Source of the DNA: an uncultured Desulfobacter sp.
GTDB lineage: Bacteria > Desulfobacterota > Desulfobacteria > Desulfobacterales > Desulfobacteraceae
NCBI GenBank assembly: GCA_963665095.1
Contig: OY762069.1
Span: 1,536,001-1,600,000 of the forward strand
Direction of reading: 5' to 3'
Length of the DNA stretch: 64,000 bases
Positions 36,824 to 48,341 of this stretch are shown here, piece by piece. Position 1 is the stretch's first letter, and each line of letters begins with the position of its first letter. The notes below the pieces were generated by a model. It ran no database searches. It had not been told where the DNA came from and saw only the letters and a list, made by a program, of their open reading frames with translations. The position numbers were made by a program, and so were the translations under genes.

Positions 36824-37866
36824 TGGCAAACCCTGTGGTTGCGGTTGCGCTGAGTGGTGGCATTGACTCACTTGCGGCAGGGTTTCTTGTCAGGCAGCAG
36901 TTTAAGCAAGTTTTCGGTATTCACTTCACCACCGGATATGAAACAAATAGTTTGGATATAGCCATGCTTGAGGCCATGCTTGGATTTCCGGTCTACTCTG
37001 TTGACCTGTCACAGGCATTTGAAACCCGGGTGGTGAATTACTTTGTTTCCGCCTACATGGCCGGCAAAACCCCGAACCCATGCCTGGTCTGCAATGAACG
37101 TATAAAATTTTCAGCGTTGCTTGACCATGCCGAACAGCGTGGTGCTGATGCCCTGGCCACCGGTCACTATGCCTCAGTAATCAACGCCATCAATGATAAC
37201 ACAATGGATCAGAAACAGGCCTGGCTGGAAAGAGGAGCAGACCTTAAAAAAGACCAGTCCTATTTCCTGTCCATGGTAAACCCACAAATTCTTGACAGAG
37301 TTATTTTTCCTTTGGCTTTTCTGACAAAATCCCATGTGCGCTCTCTTTGCAAAACGCACAAATTGACTCCGGTCCTGACGGATGAAAGCCAGGATATCTG
37401 CTTTCTTCCCAGCGGGAAGCATGGCATTTTTATCGAAGAAAAGACAGGGAGAAAACCTGCATCCGGCCCGGTAGTGGATGGAAAGGGAAACAAAATAGGC
37501 ACACACCAGGGGCTTCACAGTTTTACTGTGGGGCAGCGCAAGGGCATAAATATCCCAGGCACGGAACCCTATTATGTCAAAAAAATTGATCTGACAACCA
37601 ACACCCTGCATGTATGCTGTAAGCATGAACTTGCCGTAAAACAGATGATGGTTGAACAGCTTATCTGGAACTTTCCTGAACATGAAAACATAGATAAGCT
37701 AACCGTTCAGATAAGGTACCGTCATGCAGCAGCCAAGGCGGACATAGAGAGGATAGGCAACCAGATGCGGGTTACATTCGACACACCGCAGCATGCGGTC
37801 ACCCCAGGTCAGGCTGCAGTATTTTACCAGGGAAATCGTGTTCTTGGTGCTGGAATTATAGCGTAG
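36823..37866 (+). CDS. mnmA: tRNA 2-thiouridylase MnmA
   Basis: SGGIDS, TPNPCLVCN, ATGHYA, KDQSYFL, ESQDICF, TPGQAAVFY. Confidence 0.96.
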   Translation: MANPVVAVALSGGIDSLAAGFLVRQQFKQVFGIHFTTGYETNSLDIAMLEAMLGFPVYSVDLSQAFETRVVNYFVSAYMAGKTPNPCLVCNERIKFSALLDHAEQRGADALATGHYASVINAINDNTMDQKQAWLERGADLKKDQSYFLSMVNPQILDRVIFPLAFLTKSHVRSLCKTHKLTPVLTDESQDICFLPSGKHGIFIEEKTGRKPASGPVVDGKGNKIGTHQGLHSFTVGQRKGINIPGTEPYYVKKIDLTTNTLHVCCKHELAVKQMMVEQLIWNFPEHENIDKLTVQIRYRHAAAKADIERIGNQMRVTFDTPQHAVTPGQAAVFYQGNRVLGAGIIA

Positions 37867-37967
37867 TTGACCGACCAGATCGTTTATCCATAATATTCTG
37901 TCAAAATCAAGCAAACAGAGTACATCACAAAAATTAAAAGAAGAGCACCATTTTATCTGCAATATCA

Positions 37968-39311
37968 ATGAAACAAAAAAAGTTTTACATAGAATCCCTG
38001 GGGTGTAAAGTCAACAAGTATGAATCAGACGGCATAGCAGCCCAGCTTGAGGGCCAGGGACATCTTCGGGTTGATAAAAACATGCCCGCAGACATCTGTA
38101 TTATCAACACCTGCGCTGTCACCTCAAAAGCCGGCATGCAGTCCAGGCAGGCGACCAGACGACTGATCCGGGAACATCCGGATGCCGTTATTTTAGTCAC
38201 AGGCTGCCATGCCCAGACAGATCCGGACCAGTTTAAAAAAATTGCAGGCGTTGATCACATTGTCTGCCATCAGGATAAACCACTGATCAGCAGGTTCCTT
38301 GATGAAAATGACTGTTTATGCCCAAGCTTTGAGTTCAGAAAACCGCAGTTTACCAAAAGCGAGGCCTTTATCGGATTTGATCAGCCTGTGTCAGGAAAGA
38401 TGACCCGGGTTTATCTGAAAATCCAGGACGGCTGTAACCAGTTCTGCTCTTACTGCATTATTCCCTATGCCAGGGGCGCTTCCGTGTCTATGCCGGTGGA
38501 CCAGGTGCTGGCCCATGTGTCCGGTTTAAGCAGAAAAGGGTTTTCAGAAATAATATTAACTGGCATTCATACCGGGCTGTATGGCGTAGATTTACATCCT
38601 TCCACATCATTAACCGAGCTTGTAGAAATACTTGATAAAAAACAGCTGGCTGAGCAGATACGGATATCATCCATAGAGCCCAATGAAATTACAGATTCGC
38701 TTATTCAAATGGCCAGGCCCGGACATATTCTGTGCGACCATTTTCACATTCCGCTGCAGGCCGGCGATAATGACGTACTCAAAAAAATGAAGCGGCCCTA
38801 TACAGTTGAACAATTTACTGAAGTGATTCATAAAATCCATGAGGACCTGCCCTGGGCCGGTATCGGCCTGGACGTCATTGTAGGGTTTCCCGGTGAAACT
38901 GAAACCGCCTTTGAAAACAGTTATAGATTGATTGAAAATCTGCCGGTATCATATCTTCATGTATTTCCGTTCTCACCAAGAAAGGGAACCCCTGCCTGGC
39001 ATTTTGCCTCAAAAGTCCCCGCTTCCGTCGCCAGACAACGGGCCTCAAAGATGCGCGCTTTAGGAGAATATAAGCGGCAGGCTTTTATTCGTGCCAACCA
39101 GGGACGTACGCTTCAAGGCGTGATTCAGCACCAAAGAGACCGAGACACAGGCCAGCTCAAAGCCGTTACATCCAACTACCTGACAGTTCTCATCAACGAA
39201 GATTCATGTTCGAGTGATCAGAATCCCGAGTTACTTAAAGGCAAAACCATCCATCTTGTATATGATCAGTTCGATAAAAACTGCACAATTAGAGGCCGTA
39301 TTATTATATGA
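37968..39311 (+). CDS. mtaB: tRNA t6A methylthiotransferase MtaB
   Basis: LGCKVNKYES, INTCAVT, GCNQFCSYCIIP radical-SAM motif. Confidence 0.93.
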   Translation: MKQKKFYIESLGCKVNKYESDGIAAQLEGQGHLRVDKNMPADICIINTCAVTSKAGMQSRQATRRLIREHPDAVILVTGCHAQTDPDQFKKIAGVDHIVCHQDKPLISRFLDENDCLCPSFEFRKPQFTKSEAFIGFDQPVSGKMTRVYLKIQDGCNQFCSYCIIPYARGASVSMPVDQVLAHVSGLSRKGFSEIILTGIHTGLYGVDLHPSTSLTELVEILDKKQLAEQIRISSIEPNEITDSLIQMARPGHILCDHFHIPLQAGDNDVLKKMKRPYTVEQFTEVIHKIHEDLPWAGIGLDVIVGFPGETETAFENSYRLIENLPVSYLHVFPFSPRKGTPAWHFASKVPASVARQRASKMRALGEYKRQAFIRANQGRTLQGVIQHQRDRDTGQLKAVTSNYLTVLINEDSCSSDQNPELLKGKTIHLVYDQFDKNCTIRGRIII

Positions 39312-39352
39312 TTTATTCCTGAAGTAGGATAAAAGGCTGGGCCGCATCTTTT

Positions 39353-40120
39353 TCAGAACCCCCTGGCTTTTCGGATATGCTCATATGCTTCCTGAATTTC
39401 AGTAAATTTGTCCGTGGCAAATTTAACAAATTCCTCGGGTAATCCCTTGGCCTGAATTTTATCAGGATGGTACTCCTGAACCAGAGTCCGGTACTGTTTC
39501 TTTATCTCTTCAACGCTGGCATTTTCATCGCATTTCAAAACCGCATAATAAGGATCTGATTTTTTAACATATCTGGATTTCAACCGGTCAAACTGAGATC
39601 CCGAAAGTTTGAAAATCCGGGCAGCAGATGCCAGCATCGCCTCCTCCTTTGAAGAGACAGTGCCATCTGCAGAAGAGACCCTGAGCAGAACATCCATCAT
39701 CAGCTCAATGATATTTGTATGGTACTTGAAGACGGAGTAAAACTGATGGGCATAATCTTCAAAGGATTCAGGTGCTGTCACCGCTTTTCTGAAAATATTC
39801 TGTGCCGTCTGCCGGGTTGCGTCGTCAAGCTGAAGGTCGTTGATCATAAAGCGCTCAACCGCTTTAATTTCCGCTTCATTGATTCGGCCGTCCGCTTTAC
39901 TGATTTTCGCAAGCATGGAAAAAGCGGCTGTAAAAAATATCAGTTGGGCCTCTTCATTAGATGACAGTCCGACACCTTTGCGGCCGGGGATGGAACGTAA
40001 ATATTCATCTTCTTTTTTATCGACAAATGCATGGCCAAAAGCAGCCCCTGCAACCGCTCCGAGGGGCCCGCCAAGGGCAAGACCAATGGTGCCGCCAATC
40101 ATTTTACCAAGCCAGCTCAT
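39353..40120 (-). CDS. djlA: Co-chaperone DjlA (TerB-like + J domain)
   Basis: GKMIGG...GHAFVD, KADGRI, YHPDK. Confidence 0.92.
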   Translation of the reverse strand: MSWLGKMIGGTIGLALGGPLGAVAGAAFGHAFVDKKEDEYLRSIPGRKGVGLSSNEEAQLIFFTAAFSMLAKISKADGRINEAEIKAVERFMINDLQLDDATRQTAQNIFRKAVTAPESFEDYAHQFYSVFKYHTNIIELMMDVLLRVSSADGTVSSKEEAMLASAARIFKLSGSQFDRLKSRYVKKSDPYYAVLKCDENASVEEIKKQYRTLVQEYHPDKIQAKGLPEEFVKFATDKFTEIQEAYEHIRKARGF

Positions 40121-40235
40121 TTAAAAACCTTTGAATTTTCTTGTCTCATAAGGGTGTTAATCCTTGCCAAAAAACTGGTTTTTCAATATAAACACTATTA
40201 TCTTTATCGTCAAACAATAACAGGAAATAGCAAGG

Positions 40236-40499
40236 GTGCTGATAAAAAACATCGTCGGAGCCATTATCATCATTTTAAATATGGCAGGGCTTGGATTCCT
40301 GTTCTATTTAAGTGTTGTCAGCCGATTCAGCCACACTGACACCAGTGAATCATCCGGTTTTAACAATATGTCAAGAACCGGTCCTGCGGACAGACAGCCT
40401 GTTATCATTGACGAGGATATCATCCCTGACGAAGATGATCTGTTAAAAGATATGGATCTTTCTGATCTTGACAGCCTGGACCTGGATGATTTTAACTGA
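40236..40499 (+). CDS. Small membrane-anchored protein with acidic tail
   Basis: One TM followed by a D-rich C-terminus. Confidence 0.6.
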   Translation: MLIKNIVGAIIIILNMAGLGFLFYLSVVSRFSHTDTSESSGFNNMSRTGPADRQPVIIDEDIIPDEDDLLKDMDLSDLDSLDLDDFN

Positions 40500-40500
40500 T

Positions 40501-41109
40501 ATGCTGACACGACTCTTTTTAAAGAACAGTATACGATCTGTCTGGATAACGCTTTTGCTTCTCATCCTGATGATGGCAGCAGGCTGTTCCACCGGTAATC
40601 CAGACACCGGATCTCCGGTCTATAGCCACTCCTCTGCAGAACAGCCCGGACGTTCCCCGGCAGATGTTATCAGTGACTCCCTGCTCTATTCCCGTGTTGC
40701 GCTAAAATTTAACTCAGACGATATGGTGGATGACGACGGTATACATATCAAAGTAAGAAAAGGCGCTGTCTATCTTGATGGCAGAGTGGCTGACATCTAT
40801 CAGCGCCGCATTGCCACAGACTTAGCCCGAAGTGTTGAGGGGGTGGTCCGGGTTGTGAACCGTCTGCAGATTGCAAATCAAGGCACTGTATTTGTGAATC
40901 CGGAACTTCAGATCAAAACACAGATCACCATGGCTTTAATCAGCGACCCTGAGTTGAACAGTCAGCCGTTATCAGTGATGGTAACCCCGGATCAGGTAAT
41001 ATTGTCTGGCAAGGTTAAAGCATCTTATCAAATCCGAAAAGCAGAAAGTCTTGCTGCATCCTATGCCGGCCAGAGACGCGTGGTCAGCCAGATTCAAATC
41101 ATGGACTGA
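40501..41109 (+). CDS. Dual BON-domain lipoprotein (OsmY-like)
   Basis: Lipobox AAGC; VYLDGRV...ARSVEGVVRVVNRL. Confidence 0.88.
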   Translation: MLTRLFLKNSIRSVWITLLLLILMMAAGCSTGNPDTGSPVYSHSSAEQPGRSPADVISDSLLYSRVALKFNSDDMVDDDGIHIKVRKGAVYLDGRVADIYQRRIATDLARSVEGVVRVVNRLQIANQGTVFVNPELQIKTQITMALISDPELNSQPLSVMVTPDQVILSGKVKASYQIRKAESLAASYAGQRRVVSQIQIMD

Positions 41110-41148
41110 TACAGACATCTATGCCTGATGCGGTCTTCAGGGCAGATA

Positions 41149-44100
41149 TCAGGCTGTCTGTTTTTTCTGCCAGCGCTTTTTCTTTCTTATCTTTTCTTTA
41201 ACTGGCGCACACCGGGTCTCTATACTCCCCGGCCCCAGAATCGTTTCAATCTCTTTAAAAAAATCGGGATGGGCATCAGCTCTGTACAGGTCGGAAAGCT
41301 TCATTAAAACCTCAGGGTGTTCATCATCAATGTGAATACTGAAAAGGGAGATGCAGTCCCCCGGATAGCGTTCTATAACGGGTTTAATCTGGTCAAACAC
41401 ATCAAGTTTGTGTTTTTCAGCATCCACCTGCATGACAATACCTGCAGTCCATTGGGTTTCAGCATGGGCCACGGGAACAATGGCCTCTGCTATCAGCTTC
41501 ACCGTACTTTCTGTTTTCTGGACCTCCGCCTCCACAATGACAATCTGTTCCTGGGACAAAAAGGTGTGCGTTCTGGCATACAGATTGGGAAATACCACCA
41601 GTTCAACTGTGGCATACTGGTCCTCAATGGCGCAGAAAGCCATCATATCCCCCTTTTTGGTTTTGTGTTGTTTTAACACCTTAAGGGTCCCGCCAATGCG
41701 CACCATCTTCTCATTTTCCATATCCTGAAGAGAAACAGTGTTTACGGTTGTATATTTGTTTATGATATCGGCATATTCATCCATGGGATGGCCTGTGATA
41801 TAAAAGCCTAGGGCTTCCTTTTCCAATTCCAGCAGTACATTGCCGTCCCACTCACCCAGTGACGGCATTTGCGGAATACTGGAGGGAAGCGATATACCCA
41901 CACCTGAATCAGCAAACAGATCCAGCTGGGCATCGGCCTTTTCCTTCTGGATTCTGGAGCCGTGTTCAAGCGCATCTTCAATCACAGCCGTCATCTGAGA
42001 ACGTTTGTCCCCCGTGGAATCAAGTGCCCCGCATTTAATCAGGGCCTCCACCACCTTTTTATTGGCCTTGCTTAAATTCACCCGTTCGCAGAAATCATAC
42101 AGGCTTTTATAGGGGCCTTCTTTCTCCCTGCTTTCCACAATGGAGTCAATGGCGGCATCACCAACCCCTTTGATGGCCGCAAGCCCGAACCGGATACACC
42201 CGTCATCCACGTTAAAAAATGCATCACTCTGGTTGACGTCCGGAGGCAGCACCTTGATATTATGTGCCCGGCACTCATCCATATATTTAAGTACTGCATC
42301 TGAATTACTGCGTTCTGACGTCATGAGTGCGGCAATAAATTCAACTGGGAAATGTGCTTTGAGATAGGCGGTCTGAAAAGCGATCAGGGCATAGGCGGCG
42401 GAATGTGATTTATTAAACCCGTATCCCCCGAATTTCTCCATGAGATCAAACAACTCCTTGGCCTTGTCCGGGTCATGGCCGTTTTCCTTTGCCCCGTTCA
42501 TGAAAAGCGTGCGGTGTTCTTCCATCATGGCGGCTATTTTTTTGCCCATGGCCTTGCGCAGTCCGTCTGCCTGGGCCATGGAGTAGTTGGCAAGAACACC
42601 TGCAATTTTCATCACCTGTTCCTGATACAGGATAACACCGTATGTTTCCTTGAGAACGGATTCAAGTTCTGGGAACAGATAGGTCACAGGTTCACGGCCA
42701 TGCCTTCTTTCAACATACGTGTCCGCCATGCCGGAATCCAAAGGCCCGGGCCGGTAAAGAGCCACCAGCGCAACGATATCTGAGAAACTGGCCGGTTTCA
42801 GACGTGAAATCAACTCTTTCATGCCGGAGCTTTCCAGTTGAAACACGCCGGTTGTGTCTGAACTTTGAAGCAAATCAAAAGTTTTTTGATCTGAGTAATC
42901 AAGATGAAGCAGATCCGGCGGTGTTTTTTCCTGCTTTTCAATAAGACCGATGCAGTTTTTAATAACCGTGAGATTGCGAAGTCCTAGAAAATCAAATTTG
43001 ACCAGTCCCTGCTTTTCTGTAAAGGTCATGTCAAACTGGGTAATGGTTTCGCCGTCTTTGCCTTTAAACAGGGGCAGATATTCGCACAATGGCTTGTCCG
43101 ACACCACCACCCCGGCTGCGTGGGTGGAAGCATGCCTGGGCAGCCCTTCAAGCACCATGGAAACGTCAAGCATCTGGCTTTTTACATCCGATTCACAGCA
43201 CTTATCCCTGATGGCCGGCACTTCCTCCAATGCTTTTTTCAAGTTTTTGGCAGTATCAGGGATCATTTTGGCAATTTCATCCACCTCGGACAGTGGCACG
43301 CCCAACGCCCGTCCCACATCCCGGATCACTGCCTTGGCTTTGAGTTTTCCAAAGGTAATAATCTGACAGACATACTCAGGCCCGCCATATCGCTTTACCG
43401 TATAGTCGTACACCTGCTCCCGGCCTTCAATGCAGAAATCCACATCAATATCAGGCATGGAGATCCGGGCCGGATTCAGAAACCGTTCAAAAATCAGCCC
43501 GTGTTCTATGGGGTCCAGGGCCGTAATACCCATGGCATACGCCACCATGGAACCGGCAGCAGATCCTCTGCCAGGACCCACCGGCACCCCGATGCTCCTG
43601 GCATGGGCGATAAAATCCGCCACAATCAGAAAATACCCGGGAAACCCCATTTCAAGAATCACCCCGATTTCATATTCGATCCGGTCCCGGTATACCTTTT
43701 CATCAATCTTTGGATTTTTGGCTTTGATTTTAGCCAGCCTTTCTTCAAAGCCTTCCATAGCCAGCTTTTTGAAAAGTTCGTCCTCGGACAATCCATCCCC
43801 CAGGTCATACCTGGGAAAATGGTAGGTCTTTTTGCCAAAATCAATCTCGCACATATCCGCGATTAGTTTTGTGTTGGCAATGGCGTCCGGGAAATGCCCC
43901 AATGATCCGTCCATCTCCTCTTTTGATTTAAAATAGAGCTGGTCTGAATCAAATTTGAACCGCTTGGGGCTGTCATATGTATCGCCGGTCTGAATACACA
44001 AAAGGATCTCATGGGCTTTGGCATCTTCTTTGGCAAGGTAGTGGCAGTCATTGGTTGCCACAAGAGGAATGGAGAGCCGTTTGCTCATCTCAAGCAGCCC

Positions 44101-44676
44101 CTCATTGAGCCGGTGCTGAATCTCCATGCCATTTTCCTGAACTTCCAGGAAAAAATTGCCCTCACCCAGCGTATCCAGATAGTACCTTGCCAGATCATCG
44201 GCCTTATTGATCTCCCCGGCCAGTATGGCCTGGGGGATATCCCCTTTCAAACATGCAGACAACCCCACAAGCCCCTTGCAGTGTTCAGACAACAGGGCTT
44301 TGTCGATACGGGGTTTATAATAAAACCCCTTCAGCTGGGCCACAGATACCAGTTTGCAAAGATTAGTATACCCTTCCATGTTTTTGGCCAGAAGCACCAG
44401 GTGCCTTAACCCTTTGGCGTCTACCTGTGTCCTGTCGTTCAGGGTTCTCGGGGCAACATAAACCTCGCAGCCCAATATGGGTTTGATGCCTGCTTTCTGG
44501 GCTTTTTCATAAAACTCAGCCACGCCGAACATGGTGCCGTGATCCGTAATGGAAACAGCATCCATACCATATTCCTTGCATCTCTCCATAAGGGAGTTAA
44601 GCCGGATGGCACCGTCCAGAAGGGAATATTCCGTATGAAGATGGAGATGATAAAAAGGGATATCCTTGTCACTCAT
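41149..44676 (-). CDS. dnaE: DNA polymerase III alpha subunit
   Basis: HLHTEYSLLDG PHP domain, GRGSAAGS, SMPDIDVDF, YGFNKSHS. Confidence 0.98.
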   Translation of the reverse strand: MSDKDIPFYHLHLHTEYSLLDGAIRLNSLMERCKEYGMDAVSITDHGTMFGVAEFYEKAQKAGIKPILGCEVYVAPRTLNDRTQVDAKGLRHLVLLAKNMEGYTNLCKLVSVAQLKGFYYKPRIDKALLSEHCKGLVGLSACLKGDIPQAILAGEINKADDLARYYLDTLGEGNFFLEVQENGMEIQHRLNEGLLEMSKRLSIPLVATNDCHYLAKEDAKAHEILLCIQTGDTYDSPKRFKFDSDQLYFKSKEEMDGSLGHFPDAIANTKLIADMCEIDFGKKTYHFPRYDLGDGLSEDELFKKLAMEGFEERLAKIKAKNPKIDEKVYRDRIEYEIGVILEMGFPGYFLIVADFIAHARSIGVPVGPGRGSAAGSMVAYAMGITALDPIEHGLIFERFLNPARISMPDIDVDFCIEGREQVYDYTVKRYGGPEYVCQIITFGKLKAKAVIRDVGRALGVPLSEVDEIAKMIPDTAKNLKKALEEVPAIRDKCCESDVKSQMLDVSMVLEGLPRHASTHAAGVVVSDKPLCEYLPLFKGKDGETITQFDMTFTEKQGLVKFDFLGLRNLTVIKNCIGLIEKQEKTPPDLLHLDYSDQKTFDLLQSSDTTGVFQLESSGMKELISRLKPASFSDIVALVALYRPGPLDSGMADTYVERRHGREPVTYLFPELESVLKETYGVILYQEQVMKIAGVLANYSMAQADGLRKAMGKKIAAMMEEHRTLFMNGAKENGHDPDKAKELFDLMEKFGGYGFNKSHSAAYALIAFQTAYLKAHFPVEFIAALMTSERSNSDAVLKYMDECRAHNIKVLPPDVNQSDAFFNVDDGCIRFGLAAIKGVGDAAIDSIVESREKEGPYKSLYDFCERVNLSKANKKVVEALIKCGALDSTGDKRSQMTAVIEDALEHGSRIQKEKADAQLDLFADSGVGISLPSSIPQMPSLGEWDGNVLLELEKEALGFYITGHPMDEYADIINKYTTVNTVSLQDMENEKMVRIGGTLKVLKQHKTKKGDMMAFCAIEDQYATVELVVFPNLYARTHTFLSQEQIVIVEAEVQKTESTVKLIAEAIVPVAHAETQWTAGIVMQVDAEKHKLDVFDQIKPVIERYPGDCISLFSIHIDDEHPEVLMKLSDLYRADAHPDFFKEIETILGPGSIETRCAPVKEKIRKKKRWQKKQTA

Positions 44677-44682
44677 ATTATT

Positions 44683-46152
44683 TTAATTGCTTTCAACTCT
44701 GTAGTTAGGGGCTTCCTTGGTGATCACAACGTCATGGACATGACTCTCCCGTAAACCAGCTGCTGTTATCTGAACAAATTTAGCCTTTTTATGCAGGTCA
44801 TCAACTGTTCCAGCACCAAGATATCCCATGCCGGCCTTAAGACCGCCAATCATTTGAACAATGTTTTCCCGGACGGTCCCCCGGTAGGGAATTCGGCCCA
44901 CAATGCCTTCAGGCACCAGCTCTTCATTTTCACCGGTATCTTTCTGGTAATAGCGGTCGGAACTGCCTTTTTTCATGGCCTCCACAGATCCCATGCCGCG
45001 GTAGGCTTTGTAGGAGCGGCCCTGATAGATCACAATTTCGCCCGGACTCTCCTTGGTGCCGGCTAGAAGACTGCCCAGCATCACGGAATGGGCTCCGGCC
45101 CCAAGGGCCTTGGCTATGTCACCGGAGAATTTAATACCGCCGTCCGCAATTAAAGGAATGCCGGTTTTCTTGGAAATCTGCGCACAGTTTAAAACTGCTG
45201 TAAGCTGAGGTACGCCCACCCCGGCCACAATACGGGTGGTACAGATGGAGCCGGGTCCGATACCGATTTTAACAGCATCCACACCGGCATCAATCAACGC
45301 CTTTGCCCCATGTTCAGTGGCAACGTTTCCTGCAATAAGCTGGCATGAAGGAAAAGCACCTTTAATCCGTTGTATGGCCTCAATGACATTTTTTGAATGG
45401 CCGTGGGAGGTATCAATGACAATGGCGTCAGCACCTGCAGTTAAAAGGGCTTCCACCCGCTGCATCATATCAGACCCCACACCGACAGCCGCACCGGCCC
45501 TGAGCCGGCCAAGAGAGTCTTTGCAGGCATTGGGGTATTTTTTAATTTTTTCAATATCCTTGATGGTAATCAAGCCTTTGAGCTTGCCCTGGGGATCCAC
45601 CACAAGAAGTTTTTCAATCCTGTGCTTGTGCAGCATGATTTTGGACTCTTCAAGCGAACATTTTTCAGGCACAGTTACCAGATTTTCACTGGTCATCACC
45701 TCTTTAGCCGCCTTGTCAAGCTGGGTTTCAAACCGCAAATCCCGGTTGGTTACAATTCCCACCAGCTTGTCGCCCTCCACCACAGGAATCCCTGAAATCC
45801 GGTACTTGGCCATAATATTGAGCACATCGGAAATCGTGGCATCCGGATGAACGGTTACCGGGTCGACAATCATGCCGCTTTCACTTTTTTTAACCCGGTC
45901 CACCTCAACGACCTGTTCGGCAATGCTTAAATTTCTGTGAATAAATCCCATGCCTCCGGCCCGGGCCATGCTGATGGCAGTTTCAGCCTCGGTCACAGTA
46001 TCCATGGCCGCACTGACAATGGGGATGTTAAGTTCAAGTTCTTTTGTCAGACGGGTTCGGGTCTGCACCTCATCGGGCAGTATGGATGAATAATCTGGAA
46101 CCAGGAGTACATCATCAAAAGATAACCCTGGCTCGAAAAATATTTTTGACAT
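44683..46152 (-). CDS. guaB: IMP dehydrogenase
   Basis: [12 protein letters not shown] pair, [17 protein letters not shown]. Confidence 0.98.
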   Translation of the reverse strand: MSKIFFEPGLSFDDVLLVPDYSSILPDEVQTRTRLTKELELNIPIVSAAMDTVTEAETAISMARAGGMGFIHRNLSIAEQVVEVDRVKKSESGMIVDPVTVHPDATISDVLNIMAKYRISGIPVVEGDKLVGIVTNRDLRFETQLDKAAKEVMTSENLVTVPEKCSLEESKIMLHKHRIEKLLVVDPQGKLKGLITIKDIEKIKKYPNACKDSLGRLRAGAAVGVGSDMMQRVEALLTAGADAIVIDTSHGHSKNVIEAIQRIKGAFPSCQLIAGNVATEHGAKALIDAGVDAVKIGIGPGSICTTRIVAGVGVPQLTAVLNCAQISKKTGIPLIADGGIKFSGDIAKALGAGAHSVMLGSLLAGTKESPGEIVIYQGRSYKAYRGMGSVEAMKKGSSDRYYQKDTGENEELVPEGIVGRIPYRGTVRENIVQMIGGLKAGMGYLGAGTVDDLHKKAKFVQITAAGLRESHVHDVVITKEAPNYRVESN

Positions 46153-46344
46153 AAAAAGCCTCCAGAAAGGGAAAGGTGTTTATTAATACTTTAAAAGGCC
46201 GGCAGTCATTTAAAAGGTGTGAATGAAAGGGCCGGCCTGTTTATTATTCCGGTAAAGTATATAAACACGTACTTTTACCAAAACCATGGCGGTTTTTCAA
46301 GGTCAATTCCCATAAGATTTCCCATAAGCCTTTTGGTCGCATTT

Positions 46345-47430
46345 TCATTTGCCAGGTCTGTCAAGCATATCAAGTATTACCGGTATGGCAGGTGGAACCT
46401 GTGTGCTCTTTTTAAATATCGGGGCAAGCATGGTTTTATGGTTGGCACGGACCACCGTGACAGGCACGTCCACAAGCACTGCAGAATTTAACGTGACCAG
46501 GCCGTCACCAATGATCATTGCCGCCTGATTCAAAAAAAAGTCTAAAAAACTGACATCCGGCGCAAGTTTGTCCTGTATATTCTGCCCACGGGTGATGGTG
46601 AAGTGTTCAGGCAAAGACTTCGGCAAAGGAAGTATTCGGCCGGCAATCATGTGCAGCCGTACCCCTTCAGGATAAGGCCGCGCGTTCAAACAGGAAAGAA
46701 ACTTCGAGCCTGGCAGAAGATCTATGGCAGCGGCACCAGTGCCGTCAAAAAAGGCGGAAAACCAGGACCCCTTACCATGTACGAAAAGCAATACCTGCTC
46801 TCTTATCTCCATGAAAAGCCGGAATCTTGCCAGAAAAGCACCGTGATTTGGGGTACCGGCCATGATCAGATCAGATATGACCGGAACCCTGCCGTTTTTC
46901 ACGGCAGATTCATAATTAATATCAGGATCTGAAAGCATCTGCCTGGCCACAAGGCCGCCCATACTGTGGCAAATGAGTACGACAGGCTGATTAAAAGATA
47001 CGCGGCTTAAGCAGTGAAATAAAAACAGAGAAGAGACATCAATATTCTGGTCATCCGGATACCGCAGTAAAAGCACGTCAAATCCTTCTTGCCAGAGGGC
47101 AGGGGCAAGCTTATCCCAGATCAACCCCGGCTCATCAAGACCGTGTATAAGAATAACACATGGTGCTGTCACCGCATTAGCACACGGCATCACACGATGG
47201 CCTGGCCCCTGGAAACAGAACAGACCGAACTCTTTAGCGGCCCTGGAAAAAGCAGGATTAAAAACACTCTGAATCAGTTCATATGAAAAAATCCTGATCT
47301 GCTTTTCCTGGGGTAAAAATGGAGTACGCCCAACCTGGTACAAAAGCGAGATTACCGTTAGAAACAGAAAAATCCGTGCTGTCTTTTTTTTAATCCGGGC
47401 AGAAATCATAAGAAAATAATTTGTTTTCAT
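46345..47430 (-). CDS. Alpha/beta hydrolase (lipase/PGAP1-like)
   Basis: LIHGLD, CHSMGGLV, GTPNHG, GDGLV; start uncertain. Confidence 0.82.
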   Translation of the reverse strand: MKTNYFLMISARIKKKTARIFLFLTVISLLYQVGRTPFLPQEKQIRIFSYELIQSVFNPAFSRAAKEFGLFCFQGPGHRVMPCANAVTAPCVILIHGLDEPGLIWDKLAPALWQEGFDVLLLRYPDDQNIDVSSLFLFHCLSRVSFNQPVVLICHSMGGLVARQMLSDPDINYESAVKNGRVPVISDLIMAGTPNHGAFLARFRLFMEIREQVLLFVHGKGSWFSAFFDGTGAAAIDLLPGSKFLSCLNARPYPEGVRLHMIAGRILPLPKSLPEHFTITRGQNIQDKLAPDVSFLDFFLNQAAMIIGDGLVTLNSAVLVDVPVTVVRANHKTMLAPIFKKSTQVPPAIPVILDMLDRPGK

Positions 47431-47500
47431 CCTCGAATATCTGATATAGCACCCCAAGGAAAATTCAACCACCTTAAATTTTATACAGGGAGCCTGACAG

Positions 47501-48322
47501 ATGACATACCTGACCATTGATCCGGAACTGTGCAAAAAAGACGGCATTTGTGCGGCTGAATGCCCCATGAAAATCATCTCCTGGAAAAAAGGCGAACGGC
47601 CCAGACCTTATCCCAATACCCGCAGCCTTTGTATCAATTGCGGCCATTGTGTGGCAGTATGTCCCCATGGCGCCCTTAACCACGAACACATACAGGTGGA
47701 TGACTGCACACCTGTCGATAAAAATCTCGTCCTCACGCTACCTCAGACCGAACAGTTCCTGCGCTCAAGACGCTCCATAAGAACTTTCAAGCCGGATGCA
47801 GTGGCACCTGACACTTTGTCAGAATTGATACGCCTGGCCAGCTATGCCCCGTCAGGGCACAACACCCAGCCGGTAAAATGGCGGGTCATAAACGGTTTGG
47901 ATCTTGTAAATGAGTACACCGCTATTGTGGTTGAATGGATGACTAAACAGCTGGACGAAAATCCGGATATGGCAAAGCTTATGCATCTGGATATGCTGGT
48001 CAATGCATGGCAGCATGGCGTAAATACCGTCACCCGGGATGCCCCTACCCTCATTCTTGCCCAGGGTCATAAAAGCAACCCCATGGCCCCTCAGGCCTGT
48101 ACTATTGCCATGACCTATCTGGATCTGGCAGCCAGGGCCTTTGATGTGGCGACCACCTGGTGTGGATTCTTTCATATGGCCGCCATGGTGTATGAACCTT
48201 TGGCAATTAAACTTGGCAAAGACGAGGGTCTTAGAACCCATGCAGTGATGATGGCAGGGTACCCGGTTTATACATACCACCGGATGCCACCCCGCAATAC
48301 TCCGGGAATCACCTGGGCGTAA
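47501..48322 (+). CDS. Nitroreductase with N-terminal 4Fe-4S domain
   Basis: CKKDGICAAECP, CINCGHCVAVCP, RRSIRTF, APSGHNTQP. Confidence 0.92.
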   Translation: MTYLTIDPELCKKDGICAAECPMKIISWKKGERPRPYPNTRSLCINCGHCVAVCPHGALNHEHIQVDDCTPVDKNLVLTLPQTEQFLRSRRSIRTFKPDAVAPDTLSELIRLASYAPSGHNTQPVKWRVINGLDLVNEYTAIVVEWMTKQLDENPDMAKLMHLDMLVNAWQHGVNTVTRDAPTLILAQGHKSNPMAPQACTIAMTYLDLAARAFDVATTWCGFFHMAAMVYEPLAIKLGKDEGLRTHAVMMAGYPVYTYHRMPPRNTPGITWA

Positions 48323-48341
48323 CAGTAAAAAGGACAGATCC

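Noticed and set aside
41149..44676. Intein or split in dnaE
   Set aside because: Normal length (1175 aa) with contiguous motifs
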